Below, piece after piece: positions 17,151 to 28,099 of a stretch of DNA of 64,000 bases (the stretch's first letter is position 1; each line of letters opens with the position of its first letter). The stretch is from an uncultured Arcobacter sp. (GTDB lineage: Bacteria; Campylobacterota; Campylobacteria; Campylobacterales; Arcobacteraceae). The translations under genes were made by a program, and so were the position numbers. The notes beneath the pieces were generated by a model that saw only the letters and a program-made list of their open reading frames with translations, was not told the DNA's origin and did no database searches. The stretch lies in assembly GCA_965140705.1 (NCBI GenBank), contig OZ223300.1, positions 352,001 through 416,000 of the forward strand, given 5' to 3'.

Positions 17151-18380
17151 TTAGTGTTCATAAAAACTTAACTCAGGACCTCTTACACCATGTAGTGTTT
17201 GAATTTTCCCATTAAGTTTTCCATTTTTTGCTTCTTCATTTAAAGAAACAAAAATCTCTTTTAATTCATTTACAATAATATCTCTTCCACCTAAACCATA
17301 TACTAAGTTTTTAAGTATTGGACGAGCAGGTGTATTAAAAAGTGCTCCTGCAACTTCATTATATAAAGTTCCAACTGTCCCACCTGGGGCACTTCTATCC
17401 ATACATGCGATAGCTTTTACATTTTGTAATTTTTCAGCCAATTGTGTAAGAGGGAATGGTCTAAATACTCTTGGTGCTAAAACACCTGCTTTTATTCCAC
17501 TCTCTTCTCTTATTGCATCAACTGCTATCATCGCTGTTTCATATGTAGTTCCTAAACATATAATTACGACATCTGCATCTTCTACTTTATATGACTCTAC
17601 AAGATTGTATTTTCTACCACTAATTTTTCCAAACTCATCAAAAACTTCTTCCACAACTGAAAGTGAACCCATTAAAGCTGCATGTTGTTTAGCTTTGTGC
17701 TCAAAGTGCCAGTCATGTTCTGTTTGAACACCATGTGTAACAGGATTTGTAAAATCAAGCATTGCATTTACTTGTAAATAATCACCTACAAAATCATAAG
17801 CCACTTTATCAGATAAAGGTCTTACTGTTTGAGCTGTATGAGAAGTCAAAAATCCATCTTGATTAGAGATAACTGGAAGTCTTACATCTTTGTGTTCACC
17901 TATTTTAAAAGCACATAAAGTTAAATCATAAGCTTCTTGTGCATTAAATGAGTCTAACTGAATCCATCCTGCATCTCTTGTAAGATACATATCTGAATGA
18001 TCACCATTTACATTTAAAGGTGCTGCTAGTGCTCTATTTACTAAGCATAAAACAACAGGGATTCTCATACCAGAACATTGATATAAAACTTCTACCATCA
18101 AAGCACAACCTTGTGATGAAGTAGCAGTTGCTACTCTTCCACCAGCAGCTCCTGCACCAACACAACCAGACATAGCAGCATGTTCTGATTCCACCATAAT
18201 GATTTCTCCATCCACATATCCATTTGCATGAAAAGAAGCATAAGTTTCAACTGTATTTGTTGAAGGTGTTATAGGATAAGCAGCAACTACATCAACAGCT
18301 GCTTGTCTAAATGCTTGTGCATTACAGGTATTCCCATCCCAAACTTCTACTTTATTTAGTTCCATTTCTTTGCTATTCAT
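17151..18380 (-). CDS. porA: Pyruvate:ferredoxin oxidoreductase alpha subunit
   Basis: AYPITP, ESEHAA, TATSSQG, YGLGGRD. Confidence 0.95.
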   Translation of the reverse strand: MNSKEMELNKVEVWDGNTCNAQAFRQAAVDVVAAYPITPSTNTVETYASFHANGYVDGEIIMVESEHAAMSGCVGAGAAGGRVATATSSQGCALMVEVLYQCSGMRIPVVLCLVNRALAAPLNVNGDHSDMYLTRDAGWIQLDSFNAQEAYDLTLCAFKIGEHKDVRLPVISNQDGFLTSHTAQTVRPLSDKVAYDFVGDYLQVNAMLDFTNPVTHGVQTEHDWHFEHKAKQHAALMGSLSVVEEVFDEFGKISGRKYNLVESYKVEDADVVIICLGTTYETAMIAVDAIREESGIKAGVLAPRVFRPFPLTQLAEKLQNVKAIACMDRSAPGGTVGTLYNEVAGALFNTPARPILKNLVYGLGGRDIIVNELKEIFVSLNEEAKNGKLNGKIQTLHGVRGPELSFYEH

Positions 18381-18793
18381 TATTTCTCACCTTTTTCTTT
18401 TTTAAGAGGCCACTTTGTAAGCGCTATTTCATTTTTTTCTGTTTCATTAAACATCATCAATGATTTTGGATTGGTAGGACATACTTCAACACATATTCCA
18501 CAACCTTTACAGTGGTCATAATCTATACCTTGTATCTCTTTGTTTCTTGAGATTACCGCACTATCTGGACAATAAACCCAACAGTTTTGGCAATCAATAC
18601 ATAATTCAGTATTCCATACTGGCTTCATTACTCGCCAATCCCCCACATAAAGGTTTTTAGAGTTTGTTTCTGCATATGTTCTATCTTCTGGATTTGTTTC
18701 TGCTAGTACAGACTCAATCGCTTGGTCAAATGAAAAAAGTGCCGCCCCAGGTACTAATTCATCCCATCCCATATCTTTTATTGATTTACTCAT
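18380..18793 (-). CDS. porD: Pyruvate:ferredoxin oxidoreductase delta subunit
   Basis: GDWR..P and two CxxCxxCxxxCP ferredoxin motifs. Confidence 0.95.
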   Translation of the reverse strand: MSKSIKDMGWDELVPGAALFSFDQAIESVLAETNPEDRTYAETNSKNLYVGDWRVMKPVWNTELCIDCQNCWVYCPDSAVISRNKEIQGIDYDHCKGCGICVEVCPTNPKSLMMFNETEKNEIALTKWPLKKEKGEK

Positions 18794-18803
18794 GATTTAC
18801 TCC

Positions 18804-19367
18804 TTAGTGTACTTCATTATATGCTCTCTCAATAGCAATCATATTTGCATCGATTATCTTTTGAGGAAGTTTTTTAAGTACTGATTTCATTGCATTTTGG
18901 AAATAATCCAATTCAAACATACCACTTACTTTCATAAACGCCCCTAGCATTGGTGTATTTGGAATAGGTCTTCCTATTGTCTCTTGAGAAATTTGCAAAC
19001 AGTCTAAAATGAATGTTCGATCTTCTCTACCATGTAAAGCTGGAATTGCTTCTATTAACTCTTCTTTACTAAGATGTGTTGTAATTATGTATTTAGTATC
19101 TTCCGTTTCATTAGCTGTAAAGTCATCTGTAAACGCTAATGCTGGGTCTAATATAAATACAAAGTTTGGTTGCATGAATTTCTCATGATTTATGATTTGC
19201 CTGTCATCTATTCTGTTATAAGCAGTCATAGAAGCACCCCTTTTTGCAGATCCATAAAATGCAAAAGCTTGAACTTCTTTCCCCGTTTCTGCTACAACTG
19301 AACCTAGACCTTTTGCACCAGTAACTGCCCCTTGTCCTGCTCTACTGTGCCATCTAATTTCTAACAT
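18804..19367 (-). CDS. porC: Pyruvate:ferredoxin oxidoreductase gamma subunit
   Basis: EIRWHSRAGQGAVT, YGSAKRG, PNTPMLGA. Confidence 0.93.
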   Translation of the reverse strand: MLEIRWHSRAGQGAVTGAKGLGSVVAETGKEVQAFAFYGSAKRGASMTAYNRIDDRQIINHEKFMQPNFVFILDPALAFTDDFTANETEDTKYIITTHLSKEELIEAIPALHGREDRTFILDCLQISQETIGRPIPNTPMLGAFMKVSGMFELDYFQNAMKSVLKKLPQKIIDANMIAIERAYNEVH

Positions 19368-19866
19368 TATTAGCTCCTATAATATTAACTATAAGTATAT
19401 TTTATGACTAAATTTTTAATAAAGTCACAATAACTGCAAGTATTCTATCGCTATAAATCTTCAGTGAATTTTAATTCAATATGTATAATATTTTCTTATA
19501 AGTAAAGTTGAAGAATTAGGTGGTTTTTAGGTACATTTTTGTAGAAAATAAATAGAGCAAATGACCATTAAGTCATTCATAAGCTTATATTCATATTTAG
19601 AAATTATGGAAAATTTTTTTCTGAAGTTATATAAATCCCTTTAAATAGACTATCAAAGTAGATTTATAGAAAAAAAACAAGAAAAATAACTTTTAATCTT
19701 AAATTTTACTTAAAATCATAAAATTATGAGCAAAATAAAAAATTTTATGAAAGAAAATAGAAAAATTCCAATTTTTTAAAGGAAATTTTTCTAAAAAATA
19801 GTCCAGATTTTAAAAGTGAGTAGAATTGAATTAAATAAAAAACTAATAGTTCTAGTTAAATTAGAA

Positions 19867-20523
19867 CTAAGTTTTTAGAGTATATTCTTGAATTAATTCA
19901 ACAGCTTTGAGTGAATCCATAGTAACAAAATTTGTAAGTTCTCTTAAATCCTCTTCTTTACCATATCCACACAATACACCTACACAATTTATTTCAGCCC
20001 CATTTGCAGAAATCAAATCCAAATGAGTATCTCCTACCATCCAAACATTAGAACCTTTTTTTATGTTCATTTGGTTTAGTGTTTTTAAAATAGGCTCTGG
20101 ATGAGGTTTTGGATTTTCTACATGTTCCCTTCCTGTAACTATTTCAAAATATTTTAAAATATCAAAATGCTCTAACAATGGAATAGTGTAGGCTCCTGTT
20201 TTAGTTGTAACTACTGATAATCTTGCAAATTTACTTGCTAGTTCTAAAGCCTCTTTTGCATTTTCAAGTAGAAGAGTTTTTTTAGTTGATATTTGTTTAT
20301 ATCTTTGTTTATATGCAGCAACATAATCCCAAGCTAACTCTTTTTCTATACCTAATTCCATGTACATTATTTCTAAAGGATAACCAATAAGGGATTTGAT
20401 ATCTTCATCATCTCCTGTAAATTGATAATTCATCACTTCAAATGAGTGGTGAAAGGTAGATACAATAGCATCTGTAGAATCAATTAATGTTCCATCTAAA
20501 TCAAATAATATTACATTTTCCAA
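19867..20523 (-). CDS. HAD-family hydrolase (phosphoglycolate phosphatase-like)
   Basis: FDLDGTLID, KPHPEP, MVGD..D. Confidence 0.9.
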   Translation of the reverse strand: MENVILFDLDGTLIDSTDAIVSTFHHSFEVMNYQFTGDDEDIKSLIGYPLEIMYMELGIEKELAWDYVAAYKQRYKQISTKKTLLLENAKEALELASKFARLSVVTTKTGAYTIPLLEHFDILKYFEIVTGREHVENPKPHPEPILKTLNQMNIKKGSNVWMVGDTHLDLISANGAEINCVGVLCGYGKEEDLRELTNFVTMDSLKAVELIQEYTLKT

Positions 20524-20535
20524 ATATTTTCCTTT

Positions 20536-22053
20536 TTAATCATCTTCTTTTATCCAATCTTTTTGATTATGAGTTATTCCTATAAAAGATGGCTCTATAT
20601 TTTTTATTTTTTTACTAACTACCGTAATTGAGTTTGGAATATATAAAAACAAATATGGCGTATCATGGGCAATTATACGAAATATTTTTTTGTATATTTT
20701 ACTTAAGCTCTTTTTATCAATAGTAGTTGCTCCTTTTACAATAAGCTCATCTACTTCTTTATTTGAATAGCCTACTAAATTAAATCCACCCTTTTTCATA
20801 GATTCACTATGCCATAAGGGGTAAGCATCTGGCATAAGAGCTAGATTCCATCCTAATACAATGGCTTCAAAGTTTCTAGGATGAACAATTGTATTTAAAA
20901 ATGCTTGCCACTCCATCACTCTTATTTTCATCTTAACACCAATCTTTGCCAATTGGTATTGGATGATTTGAGTTGCATTTATTCTTATATCATTTCCTGT
21001 ATTTGTAATAACTTCAAAGCTAAGGGGATGTTTTTCATCATATCCTGCAAGTTTTAATAAACGTTTTGCCTCTTTTATATTTTGTTTTATGGGTTTAACG
21101 GTATCATCATAAGCAAAAGTTTCTGGCAAAAAAGGTCCATTACAAACTTTACCATGTCCAAAAAATAAAATATCTATTATCTCTTTTCTATTTATGGCTA
21201 GGGATAAAGCTCTTCTTACTCTTATATCCTGAAACTTCTTTTTTCTTAAATTAAAACCTAGATAATCATAAGAAAATGCTGGTTTTTCTATTATTTGATA
21301 ATGCTTTTTAAACTCTTTATCTATTTGTCTATCTATTTGTAGAGGACTTAATCCTCCTAGATCAAGTTTACCTTGTTTTAAATATAAAAAAGAGGTATTA
21401 GCATCTGGCAAAAACTTAAAATTTAGTTCATCAATTTTTGGTCTACCTTCAAAATATTTATCGAAGGCATAAAGTTTTATATCACTTCCTAATTTAAAGC
21501 CATTAATTTTATATGGACCTGTTCCTATTGGGTGTTTATTAAAAGAGCTTGTCATAAGGTCTTTTTCATCTTTTAAAATATGTTTTGGGATTATACCAAA
21601 CATCCAAATTTCTAAGGCTTTGAAGTAGGGCTTTTTATAGACAACTTCTATAGAATAGTTATCTATTTTAGATAGGCTTTTTACTTCTTTAAAATATGAC
21701 TTGATTGTAGTATAAACTTTTGGGTCATTTATTTTTTCATAGGTAAAGATTACATCATCAGCTGTGAATTTTTCTCCATCTTGCCATAATACATTTTTTT
21801 TAAGATTTATTATTAAGTGAGTAGAGTCAATAAATCTATAAGAAGAGGCTAGGTCTGTAGTTACTTGTCCATTTTTGTCATATTTAAATAAGCCATTAAA
21901 TATCCAACCAGAAATTTCACTACTAGCTGAGTCATTTGCCAATATTGTATTTAATCTAATAGGCGAACTAGTTATTGACATATTTAGAGTACTAGCATTT
22001 GTAGTGTTTAACAAACAACAAATAGTAAATAATAGAATGGCTAACTTTTTCAT
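20536..22053 (-). CDS. Peptide ABC transporter substrate-binding protein (family 5)
   Basis: MKKLAIL signal peptide at ATG 22053; WQDGEKFTADDV, PIGTGPY, RVRRAL. Confidence 0.9.
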   Translation of the reverse strand: MKKLAILLFTICCLLNTTNASTLNMSITSSPIRLNTILANDSASSEISGWIFNGLFKYDKNGQVTTDLASSYRFIDSTHLIINLKKNVLWQDGEKFTADDVIFTYEKINDPKVYTTIKSYFKEVKSLSKIDNYSIEVVYKKPYFKALEIWMFGIIPKHILKDEKDLMTSSFNKHPIGTGPYKINGFKLGSDIKLYAFDKYFEGRPKIDELNFKFLPDANTSFLYLKQGKLDLGGLSPLQIDRQIDKEFKKHYQIIEKPAFSYDYLGFNLRKKKFQDIRVRRALSLAINRKEIIDILFFGHGKVCNGPFLPETFAYDDTVKPIKQNIKEAKRLLKLAGYDEKHPLSFEVITNTGNDIRINATQIIQYQLAKIGVKMKIRVMEWQAFLNTIVHPRNFEAIVLGWNLALMPDAYPLWHSESMKKGGFNLVGYSNKEVDELIVKGATTIDKKSLSKIYKKIFRIIAHDTPYLFLYIPNSITVVSKKIKNIEPSFIGITHNQKDWIKEDD

Positions 22054-22088
22054 GGTGTATTGTAATATCTTTTTATAAAAAAGTGCAT

Positions 22089-22118
22089 AAAAAAAGGAGC
22101 AACAAATGTCGCTCCTTT
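22089..22118 (-). terminator. Intrinsic terminator of rplM-rpsI
   Basis: AAAGGAGCGAC-ATTT-GTTGCTCCTTTTTTT on the minus strand. Confidence 0.85.
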
Positions 22119-22140
22119 GAGTTTGATAATAAAATACCAA

Positions 22141-22530
22141 TTATCTTTTTGAGAATTGAGTAGATTTTCTTGCTTTTTTCTTTCCGTATTTTTTTCTCTC
22201 TACAGATCTTGCATCTCTAGTTAGTAATCCATAAGGTTTTAAAATAGCTCTAAATTGTTCATCAAATGCAACTAATGCTCTTGAAATACCATGTTTTGCA
22301 GCATCAGCTTGTGCAGAATATCCTCCACCAAGAGTTTTAACAACGATATTTACAGAAGATTCTTGTTTAGAAACTTCTAAAGGTCTCATTACTCTTTTTT
22401 TGATAGCTTCGTGTCCACCTAACCATGCGTCTAAAGTTTGACCATTAATAGAAACTTGTCCATTACCAGCTTCTAACCATACTTTTGCGATAGAAGATTT
22501 TCTTCTTCCAGTTGCGTATACTTTTGCCAT
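22141..22530 (-). CDS. rpsI: 30S ribosomal protein S9
   Basis: [23 protein letters not shown]. Confidence 0.99.
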   Translation of the reverse strand: MAKVYATGRRKSSIAKVWLEAGNGQVSINGQTLDAWLGGHEAIKKRVMRPLEVSKQESSVNIVVKTLGGGYSAQADAAKHGISRALVAFDEQFRAILKPYGLLTRDARSVERKKYGKKKARKSTQFSKR

Positions 22531-22535
22531 TAGTC

Positions 22536-22955
22536 TTATCCTTTAATTTGCGCAGTGTGAGGGTGTTCGCTACCTGCGTATACTTTTAATTTTTTTAACA
22601 TTGTTTTACCAAGTTTAGTTTTTGGTAACATCCCTCTTGTAGCTAATTTATATAACTTTTCAGGATTTTGTTCAAACATATCAGACATTTTGTGAGTTTT
22701 TGTACTACCAAAATACCCTGAGTGTGTATAGTAATTTTTTGTTTCTAGTTTAGTTCCAGAAAATTTTGCTTTTGTTGCATTTATAATAATTACATTATCT
22801 CCGCAGTCTACATGAGGAGTATAATTTGTTTTATTTTTACCTCTTAAGATTGTAGCAACTTCAGTAATGATTCTACCAAATACTTTATCAGTTGCATCTA
22901 TAATAACCCAATCTCTTTCGATTTCATTGGCTTTTGCCATTTGAGTGAATTTCAT
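22536..22955 (-). CDS. rplM: 50S ribosomal protein L13
   Basis: [26 protein letters not shown]. Confidence 0.99.
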   Translation of the reverse strand: MKFTQMAKANEIERDWVIIDATDKVFGRIITEVATILRGKNKTNYTPHVDCGDNVIIINATKAKFSGTKLETKNYYTHSGYFGSTKTHKMSDMFEQNPEKLYKLATRGMLPKTKLGKTMLKKLKVYAGSEHPHTAQIKG

Positions 22956-23031
22956 CTACATTCTCCGATTTAATTAATGAGGTGCAATAATAGTGTAGTA
23001 ATACTTATATTTTGCTTAAATTAAGTATTTT

Positions 23032-24408
23032 TTAATATTTAATTGTAAATTCAGAACCCTTACCATAAACTGAGTGAATTTCAAGCTTAAATTTATGCAA
23101 AAGTAGTATAGAGTTAACTATAAATAAACCAAGTCCTAATGAGTTGTTCCAGCCATTTTGAGAGATTCTATAAAACTTATCTGTGATTTTTGCAAGTTCA
23201 GTTTCAGATATTCCAATACCTAAATCTATGACTTTTAAATATTTGTTAGTAATTTCAATGGTAACTGTCTCTTCTGAGTATTTTAAAGCATTTTCAACTA
23301 AATTTGATATTGCCATAGAGAGTAAGGTTTCATCTGCTTCAATTGGATGATTATCTCCTTTTATTTCAATGGCTCTATTTGGATACTTGTCTTTTAAATC
23401 AACGCATATAGGAGTACAAAGATCTTTTAAGTATATTTTTCTTTTCTCAATATTCTCTTTACCCTCTTCAAGTTTTAAAACAAGTCTTAATTTATCAATG
23501 ATTTGAGTCATTTTATTTGCATTTGAATCAATTTTTGCCAAAAATTTATCTCTCATTTGCACAGGTAAATCTTTGTCATTTTGTAAAGTTTGAACATAAC
23601 CTGTAATAATAGCAATTGGATTTTTAAATTCATGGGAAATAGCACTAATTATCTCATCTTTTTGTTTATTTGCAAGTCTTAATTTAGCTGTATGTTTGGC
23701 TTTTGTTTTCTCTTTTTTTTGAAGTCTTAGGGCAACTTTATTTAATAATCTATTAATTGTAAAAAACTCTTTGGTATGAAAAACACTTAAGCTTATAGAT
23801 TCTCTTTTTTTTGTAAGACTAATTAAAAAGTGCAAGATATTGTCCGTCTCTTTTTTTATTTCATTAGATATATAGTATGAAACTGCAAAAGCTAAAAGAA
23901 GAAAAATAGAAAAAATAGCAATAAGTTGAAGACTCAATTTTATAAAATACTCTTTTATTGTACTTATATCACTAGACATTCTTATAAAATAATTATGTCC
24001 ATCAATTTTAACTTCTTTTGCAATATAAAGTAAATCTTTATTTAAAGTATGTGAATGTCTTGATATTTCACCATAATCACTAAGTTTTGCATCAATAACT
24101 TCTTCTCTATTTAGGTGATTTTCCATAAGTGATTTATCTTTATCTGTTTCAGCAATTACTTTTCCTTTTTCATTGATAATAGTTACTCTAAAGTTAGTTG
24201 CTTTTTTTATCTCTTGAACTTTTCTGTCAATATTATCTAAGTTTGGAAGTGCGATTGAAAGGGTATTGATATTTGCTAATATATTTTTTTCAATTTGTTC
24301 TAAATATATTGTTTTTGACCAAAAATAAATTACAATGGAAATTAGTATAAGTATTGATAAAAAGATAAGTATAAAACTTCTAAGGAAAAACTGATGGATT
24401 TTTAACAA
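23032..24408 (-). CDS. Sensor histidine kinase, PhoR-like
   Basis: MENHLNREEV periplasmic motif, ISHEFKNP, NLVENALKY, GLGL; in an operon with phoU and psiE. Confidence 0.88.
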   Translation of the reverse strand: MLKIHQFFLRSFILIFLSILILISIVIYFWSKTIYLEQIEKNILANINTLSIALPNLDNIDRKVQEIKKATNFRVTIINEKGKVIAETDKDKSLMENHLNREEVIDAKLSDYGEISRHSHTLNKDLLYIAKEVKIDGHNYFIRMSSDISTIKEYFIKLSLQLIAIFSIFLLLAFAVSYYISNEIKKETDNILHFLISLTKKRESISLSVFHTKEFFTINRLLNKVALRLQKKEKTKAKHTAKLRLANKQKDEIISAISHEFKNPIAIITGYVQTLQNDKDLPVQMRDKFLAKIDSNANKMTQIIDKLRLVLKLEEGKENIEKRKIYLKDLCTPICVDLKDKYPNRAIEIKGDNHPIEADETLLSMAISNLVENALKYSEETVTIEITNKYLKVIDLGIGISETELAKITDKFYRISQNGWNNSLGLGLFIVNSILLLHKFKLEIHSVYGKGSEFTIKY

Positions 24409-25076
24409 AACATATATCCTTCACCACGAACAGATTTTATATATTTTTTATCACCATTTGGGTCAATTTTGCTTTTTAATCTTTTAACTGCCACATTTAC
24501 AGTTTTTAGTTTCTTTTCCAATGAATCTTCCCATACGGTATCTAATAAATACTCTCTACTTAAAAGAATATCTTTATTTTTAAAAAACTCTAAAAATAAA
24601 TCATGTTCTAAGGTTGTCAAATCTATTTTTGAGTCATCTATAAAAAAGCTTTTGCTAGATTTTTTATAAGTGATATCTTTTATTTTTTCTATTTCAATAT
24701 CTTTTTTGGTTCTTTTTATTACAGCTTTTACTCTAGCAATTAATTCTTTTAAATTAAAAGGTTTAGTTATATAATCATCTGCATGTTTATCAAAACCTTC
24801 TAAAATATCTTCATCTTGATCTTTTGCACTAACATAAATTACTGGTATATTGTAACCTTTGTTTTTTATATCATTTATAAATGAAGTTCCCTCTATTCCT
24901 GGTAAATTTCTATCCATAAGTATTAAATCAATCTCTTCTTCATTTAAAACTTCATATACTTTATCAGATGCATTCAAAAAGCCAATAGTTTCAAAACCCT
25001 CTTTTTGTAAGGTATATTCTAAAAGCTCTAAAATATCAACTTCATCTTCAATTATCAATATTGTTGTATTATTCAT
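24402..25076 (-). CDS. OmpR-family response regulator, PhoB-like
   Basis: IEDE, DRNLPGIEG, ADDYITKPF, VRGEGY. Confidence 0.9.
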   Translation of the reverse strand: MNNTTILIIEDEVDILELLEYTLQKEGFETIGFLNASDKVYEVLNEEEIDLILMDRNLPGIEGTSFINDIKNKGYNIPVIYVSAKDQDEDILEGFDKHADDYITKPFNLKELIARVKAVIKRTKKDIEIEKIKDITYKKSSKSFFIDDSKIDLTTLEHDLFLEFFKNKDILLSREYLLDTVWEDSLEKKLKTVNVAVKRLKSKIDPNGDKKYIKSVRGEGYMFC

Positions 25077-25464
25077 CTGATTTCTCACTTATATTATCAA
25101 TTTTATGTATCCCTGGAGAGTATTTTATTGACATTATCCTAAAAATAAAAAATATAAATATAACAATTAGTAAAAAAATTATATCAACATAGTCCATTTC
25201 TTTATGGGATGCTTGAATAATTACGTCTCTAATTAGAAAGATAATGAATAAATCAATGACAAATCGGAGTCGTAATTTCTCTTTTTTTATGAAATCAGAA
25301 ATCATTTTAACAACTTCCATGATAACAATAAATTCAAGCATATAGATAATTGCTTTAGAAAACTCTAATCCTGAGATGATAATAGCAATGAACAAAATCA
25401 TTGCTATTAGTACTTCGTAGTTACTGCGGAAATATTTGTTTATTTTTGCAAAAGCTCTTTTCAT
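25069..25464 (-). CDS. PsiE-family membrane protein
   Basis: Four TM segments with E..K..DF and LIR.VI pattern; phosphate-regulon context. Confidence 0.7.
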   Translation of the reverse strand: MKRAFAKINKYFRSNYEVLIAMILFIAIIISGLEFSKAIIYMLEFIVIMEVVKMISDFIKKEKLRLRFVIDLFIIFLIRDVIIQASHKEMDYVDIIFLLIVIFIFFIFRIMSIKYSPGIHKIDNISEKSDE

Positions 25465-25487
25465 AAGTTAGACTATAGTATCAACTA

Positions 25488-26159
25488 CTATTTTCTTTCT
25501 AATTCTCCACCTTGCTCAGCAAAAAGCAATAAGTGAGCAATAGAAACTGCTCTATCAGATATTTTTTCTAATTTTCTTAATGATGTTAAAATTTCGAAAT
25601 ACTCTTTCGATAAATCTAAATTTTTAGAGATAAGTTTTAATAGGTTTTTTTCAATCATTGAATATAAATCATCAGTTTTACTCTCTTCAACTACAACTCT
25701 TTGGTATTTTTCTTCTATATGATTTGAAGTTGATTCTTTTATAATTGACATTGCTGTTTGAAGAGAAAGTATAGTTGATTTTAACAATGGAATAGCAAAT
25801 TCTAAGATTGTTTTAGTATTTAAATCTTCACTAAATGAGCTTCTAAATATTTTTATAAAACCTTTTGTATTACCACCTGCTCTTATAATTTCATTTGTAA
25901 TTTTAAAATAAGAAACCAATTCTCTTAAATCTCTTGCTTCTGGTTGATACAAGGCAAGGGCTGTAACGATAGAATTATCAATATCATTTGATTTATTTGT
26001 AAGCTTTTTTAAAGATAATTCTGCATCTTTTAATGCTTTTATATCTTCATCTTTTAATGCTTTTAGTGCATTATTTAAAGATTCAATTACTATATCTCCA
26101 ATTTCTAACAATTCATTTTGAATTTGTTCTCTTTTTGTTTCATAAACTTTTAACATCAT
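25488..26159 (-). CDS. phoU: Phosphate signalling protein PhoU
   Basis: ALYQPEARDLR and LEKISDRAVSIA repeats. Confidence 0.9.
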   Translation of the reverse strand: MMLKVYETKREQIQNELLEIGDIVIESLNNALKALKDEDIKALKDAELSLKKLTNKSNDIDNSIVTALALYQPEARDLRELVSYFKITNEIIRAGGNTKGFIKIFRSSFSEDLNTKTILEFAIPLLKSTILSLQTAMSIIKESTSNHIEEKYQRVVVEESKTDDLYSMIEKNLLKLISKNLDLSKEYFEILTSLRKLEKISDRAVSIAHLLLFAEQGGELERK

Positions 26160-26197
26160 CTACGCCTTCCAATTATAAAATATATATTTTGTTGGAC

Positions 26198-26230
26198 ATT
26201 ATAGTTTATAATAATTACAAGATGATTACA
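26198..26230 (-). promoter_or_regulatory. Pho-box-like 11-bp-period direct repeat plus -10 upstream of phoU
   Basis: Plus strand TAATTACA (26212) and TGATTACA (26223); minus-strand TATAAT at 26203-26198. Confidence 0.6.
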
Positions 26231-26232
26231 TT

Positions 26233-27963
26233 TTAAAATGAAGCACTTATTGGTCTATCTAAATCCTTTGAGTATTTTTTCATTACATTTAAAGTGTAAT
26301 CAAAGTTTTTTACTTTTGAATTATTTGATATCTCAATAATAGCACAAGAGCATGATAAAAGTTTAAATATCCTATCTTCACCAAATCTATCTTTTCCTTT
26401 TATATGACCATTTTTTTTATCTGTTTCATTATATAGATTTTTTACAGACCATCTAAATTCATCTAAAACTTCTTTTGTAGTTAGGTAAACCTCTTCAATA
26501 TCATTATTTTTTATACCTATAAAAAAGTCATCTCCTCCAATATGTGCTATAAAAGTGTCGTTGGGATATTTTTTTTGTAAAAGTTCTGCAAATAAAAGTA
26601 TTGCTCTATCACCTTGTCTAAATCCATAAGTATCATTAAAAGGTTTAAAATTGTCAAAGTCAAAATATAAAATATGTGAAGTATAAGTATTTTTATTTTC
26701 TAAACTATTGTAAATAAATCGTTCGATTTGATTATTCCCTGGTAGCCTTGTTAGTGGATTTTGGTTCTCTGCAATCTCTATTGTTCTTTTATGTGAAAGT
26801 TGTAAAAGGGATCTTAAATCAATAAAACCATGATATTTATTTGCTTTTGTAATAAATATACCAGATGAATTTGGGTCTTGATTAAAGATTTGTAGGGCTT
26901 TATCAATCCCCCATGAGGCTTCTATTGAAATCACTGGTTTTACATATTTACTTATTTTGGAACTGTATGATTTATTTTGTGCTAGGGCTAATCCATATTG
27001 TGAGTATGAAATTTGTTTAATATCAACTTCATAAATAACACCAATAAAGTTATCATAATCATCTATTATTGGTACAAAACTACTATGTGTATAATCTTTA
27101 AAATATAAAAATAAAGAGTGCAACGATGAATTAATATTAAGAGGAACAATATTTTGAATATATTCTTGTTCTATTGGTGCATTATCATCGGCTCTTTTTT
27201 CATTTAGCAAATATTTTACTATCTCTTTATATAAAGGTTTTATTTCATCAATTTGTACAGTTGGTTTTTGTACAAAAAAACCTTGAATAAAATCAGCTCC
27301 AATATTTTTACAAGTATAAAATTCTTTTAATGTTTCAACACCTTCTGCTACAACCTTCATTCCCATAATATGTGCCATATTTATAATAGATGAACAAAAT
27401 AGTCTTTTTTTAGCATCTCCATTTATATTTTCTATGAAAAATCTATCTATTTTTATTATATTTGCTTGTGAAAAGTATAATAGTTTTAAACCTGAAACTC
27501 CAACTCCAAAGTCATCAATGGCAATATTATAATTACTACTATTGTAGTTATGTATCATTTCAATTAAATCGGTTTGATCTTCTAATGTTCCTCTTTCACT
27601 TAATTCAAAACAAATTATACTTTTAGGCAAGTTGTATTTTTTTAATATTTTTTTTGTATTGCCTTTTGTATAGTTTTTTGCATGAATAGTTCTATTATCA
27701 AGATTATAAAAAAGTTGTAGATTTTCAATATCTATTTTAGAAAACTTTTCAATTGCTTTTTCTCTTAACATTAAGTCAAACTCATATAAGTAGTTCTCTT
27801 CATATGCTAAATCAAAAATATCATGAATATAATTTATATTAGGTATTTTTTCTACATTTCTAAGAAGTGCTTCAACTGCAAAAATTTTACCAGAGTGAGC
27901 ATGTATAATAGGCTGAAAAGCATAATCGAGTTTTTCAACAATTGAATTCCATTTTATTTTCAT
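26233..27963 (-). CDS. EAL-CBS-GGDEF c-di-GMP metabolism protein
   Basis: FQPI..VEALLR, IDDFG, AEGVE, NPLTRLPGN, DFDNFK..ND, HIGGDDF. Confidence 0.93.
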   Translation of the reverse strand: MKIKWNSIVEKLDYAFQPIIHAHSGKIFAVEALLRNVEKIPNINYIHDIFDLAYEENYLYEFDLMLREKAIEKFSKIDIENLQLFYNLDNRTIHAKNYTKGNTKKILKKYNLPKSIICFELSERGTLEDQTDLIEMIHNYNSSNYNIAIDDFGVGVSGLKLLYFSQANIIKIDRFFIENINGDAKKRLFCSSIINMAHIMGMKVVAEGVETLKEFYTCKNIGADFIQGFFVQKPTVQIDEIKPLYKEIVKYLLNEKRADDNAPIEQEYIQNIVPLNINSSLHSLFLYFKDYTHSSFVPIIDDYDNFIGVIYEVDIKQISYSQYGLALAQNKSYSSKISKYVKPVISIEASWGIDKALQIFNQDPNSSGIFITKANKYHGFIDLRSLLQLSHKRTIEIAENQNPLTRLPGNNQIERFIYNSLENKNTYTSHILYFDFDNFKPFNDTYGFRQGDRAILLFAELLQKKYPNDTFIAHIGGDDFFIGIKNNDIEEVYLTTKEVLDEFRWSVKNLYNETDKKNGHIKGKDRFGEDRIFKLLSCSCAIIEISNNSKVKNFDYTLNVMKKYSKDLDRPISASF

Positions 27964-28099
27964 ATTTTAATCCTATTTATAGCCTTTTCTCTTTGTTCGC
28001 GTAAAAGATAAAGGGCTATAACTAAAATCAAAAAAAGTTATCTCTTTTTTTAATTTTTAATTTTTGGAATATTTGTATGGTTATATTTTAATAGGTGAA

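Noticed and set aside
22054..22140. N-terminal extension of the peptide-binding protein in the ORF track
   Set aside because: It runs through the rpsI terminator; the signal peptide begins at ATG 22053. Similar over-extensions were trimmed for tctB, the VWA gene, nnr and others.
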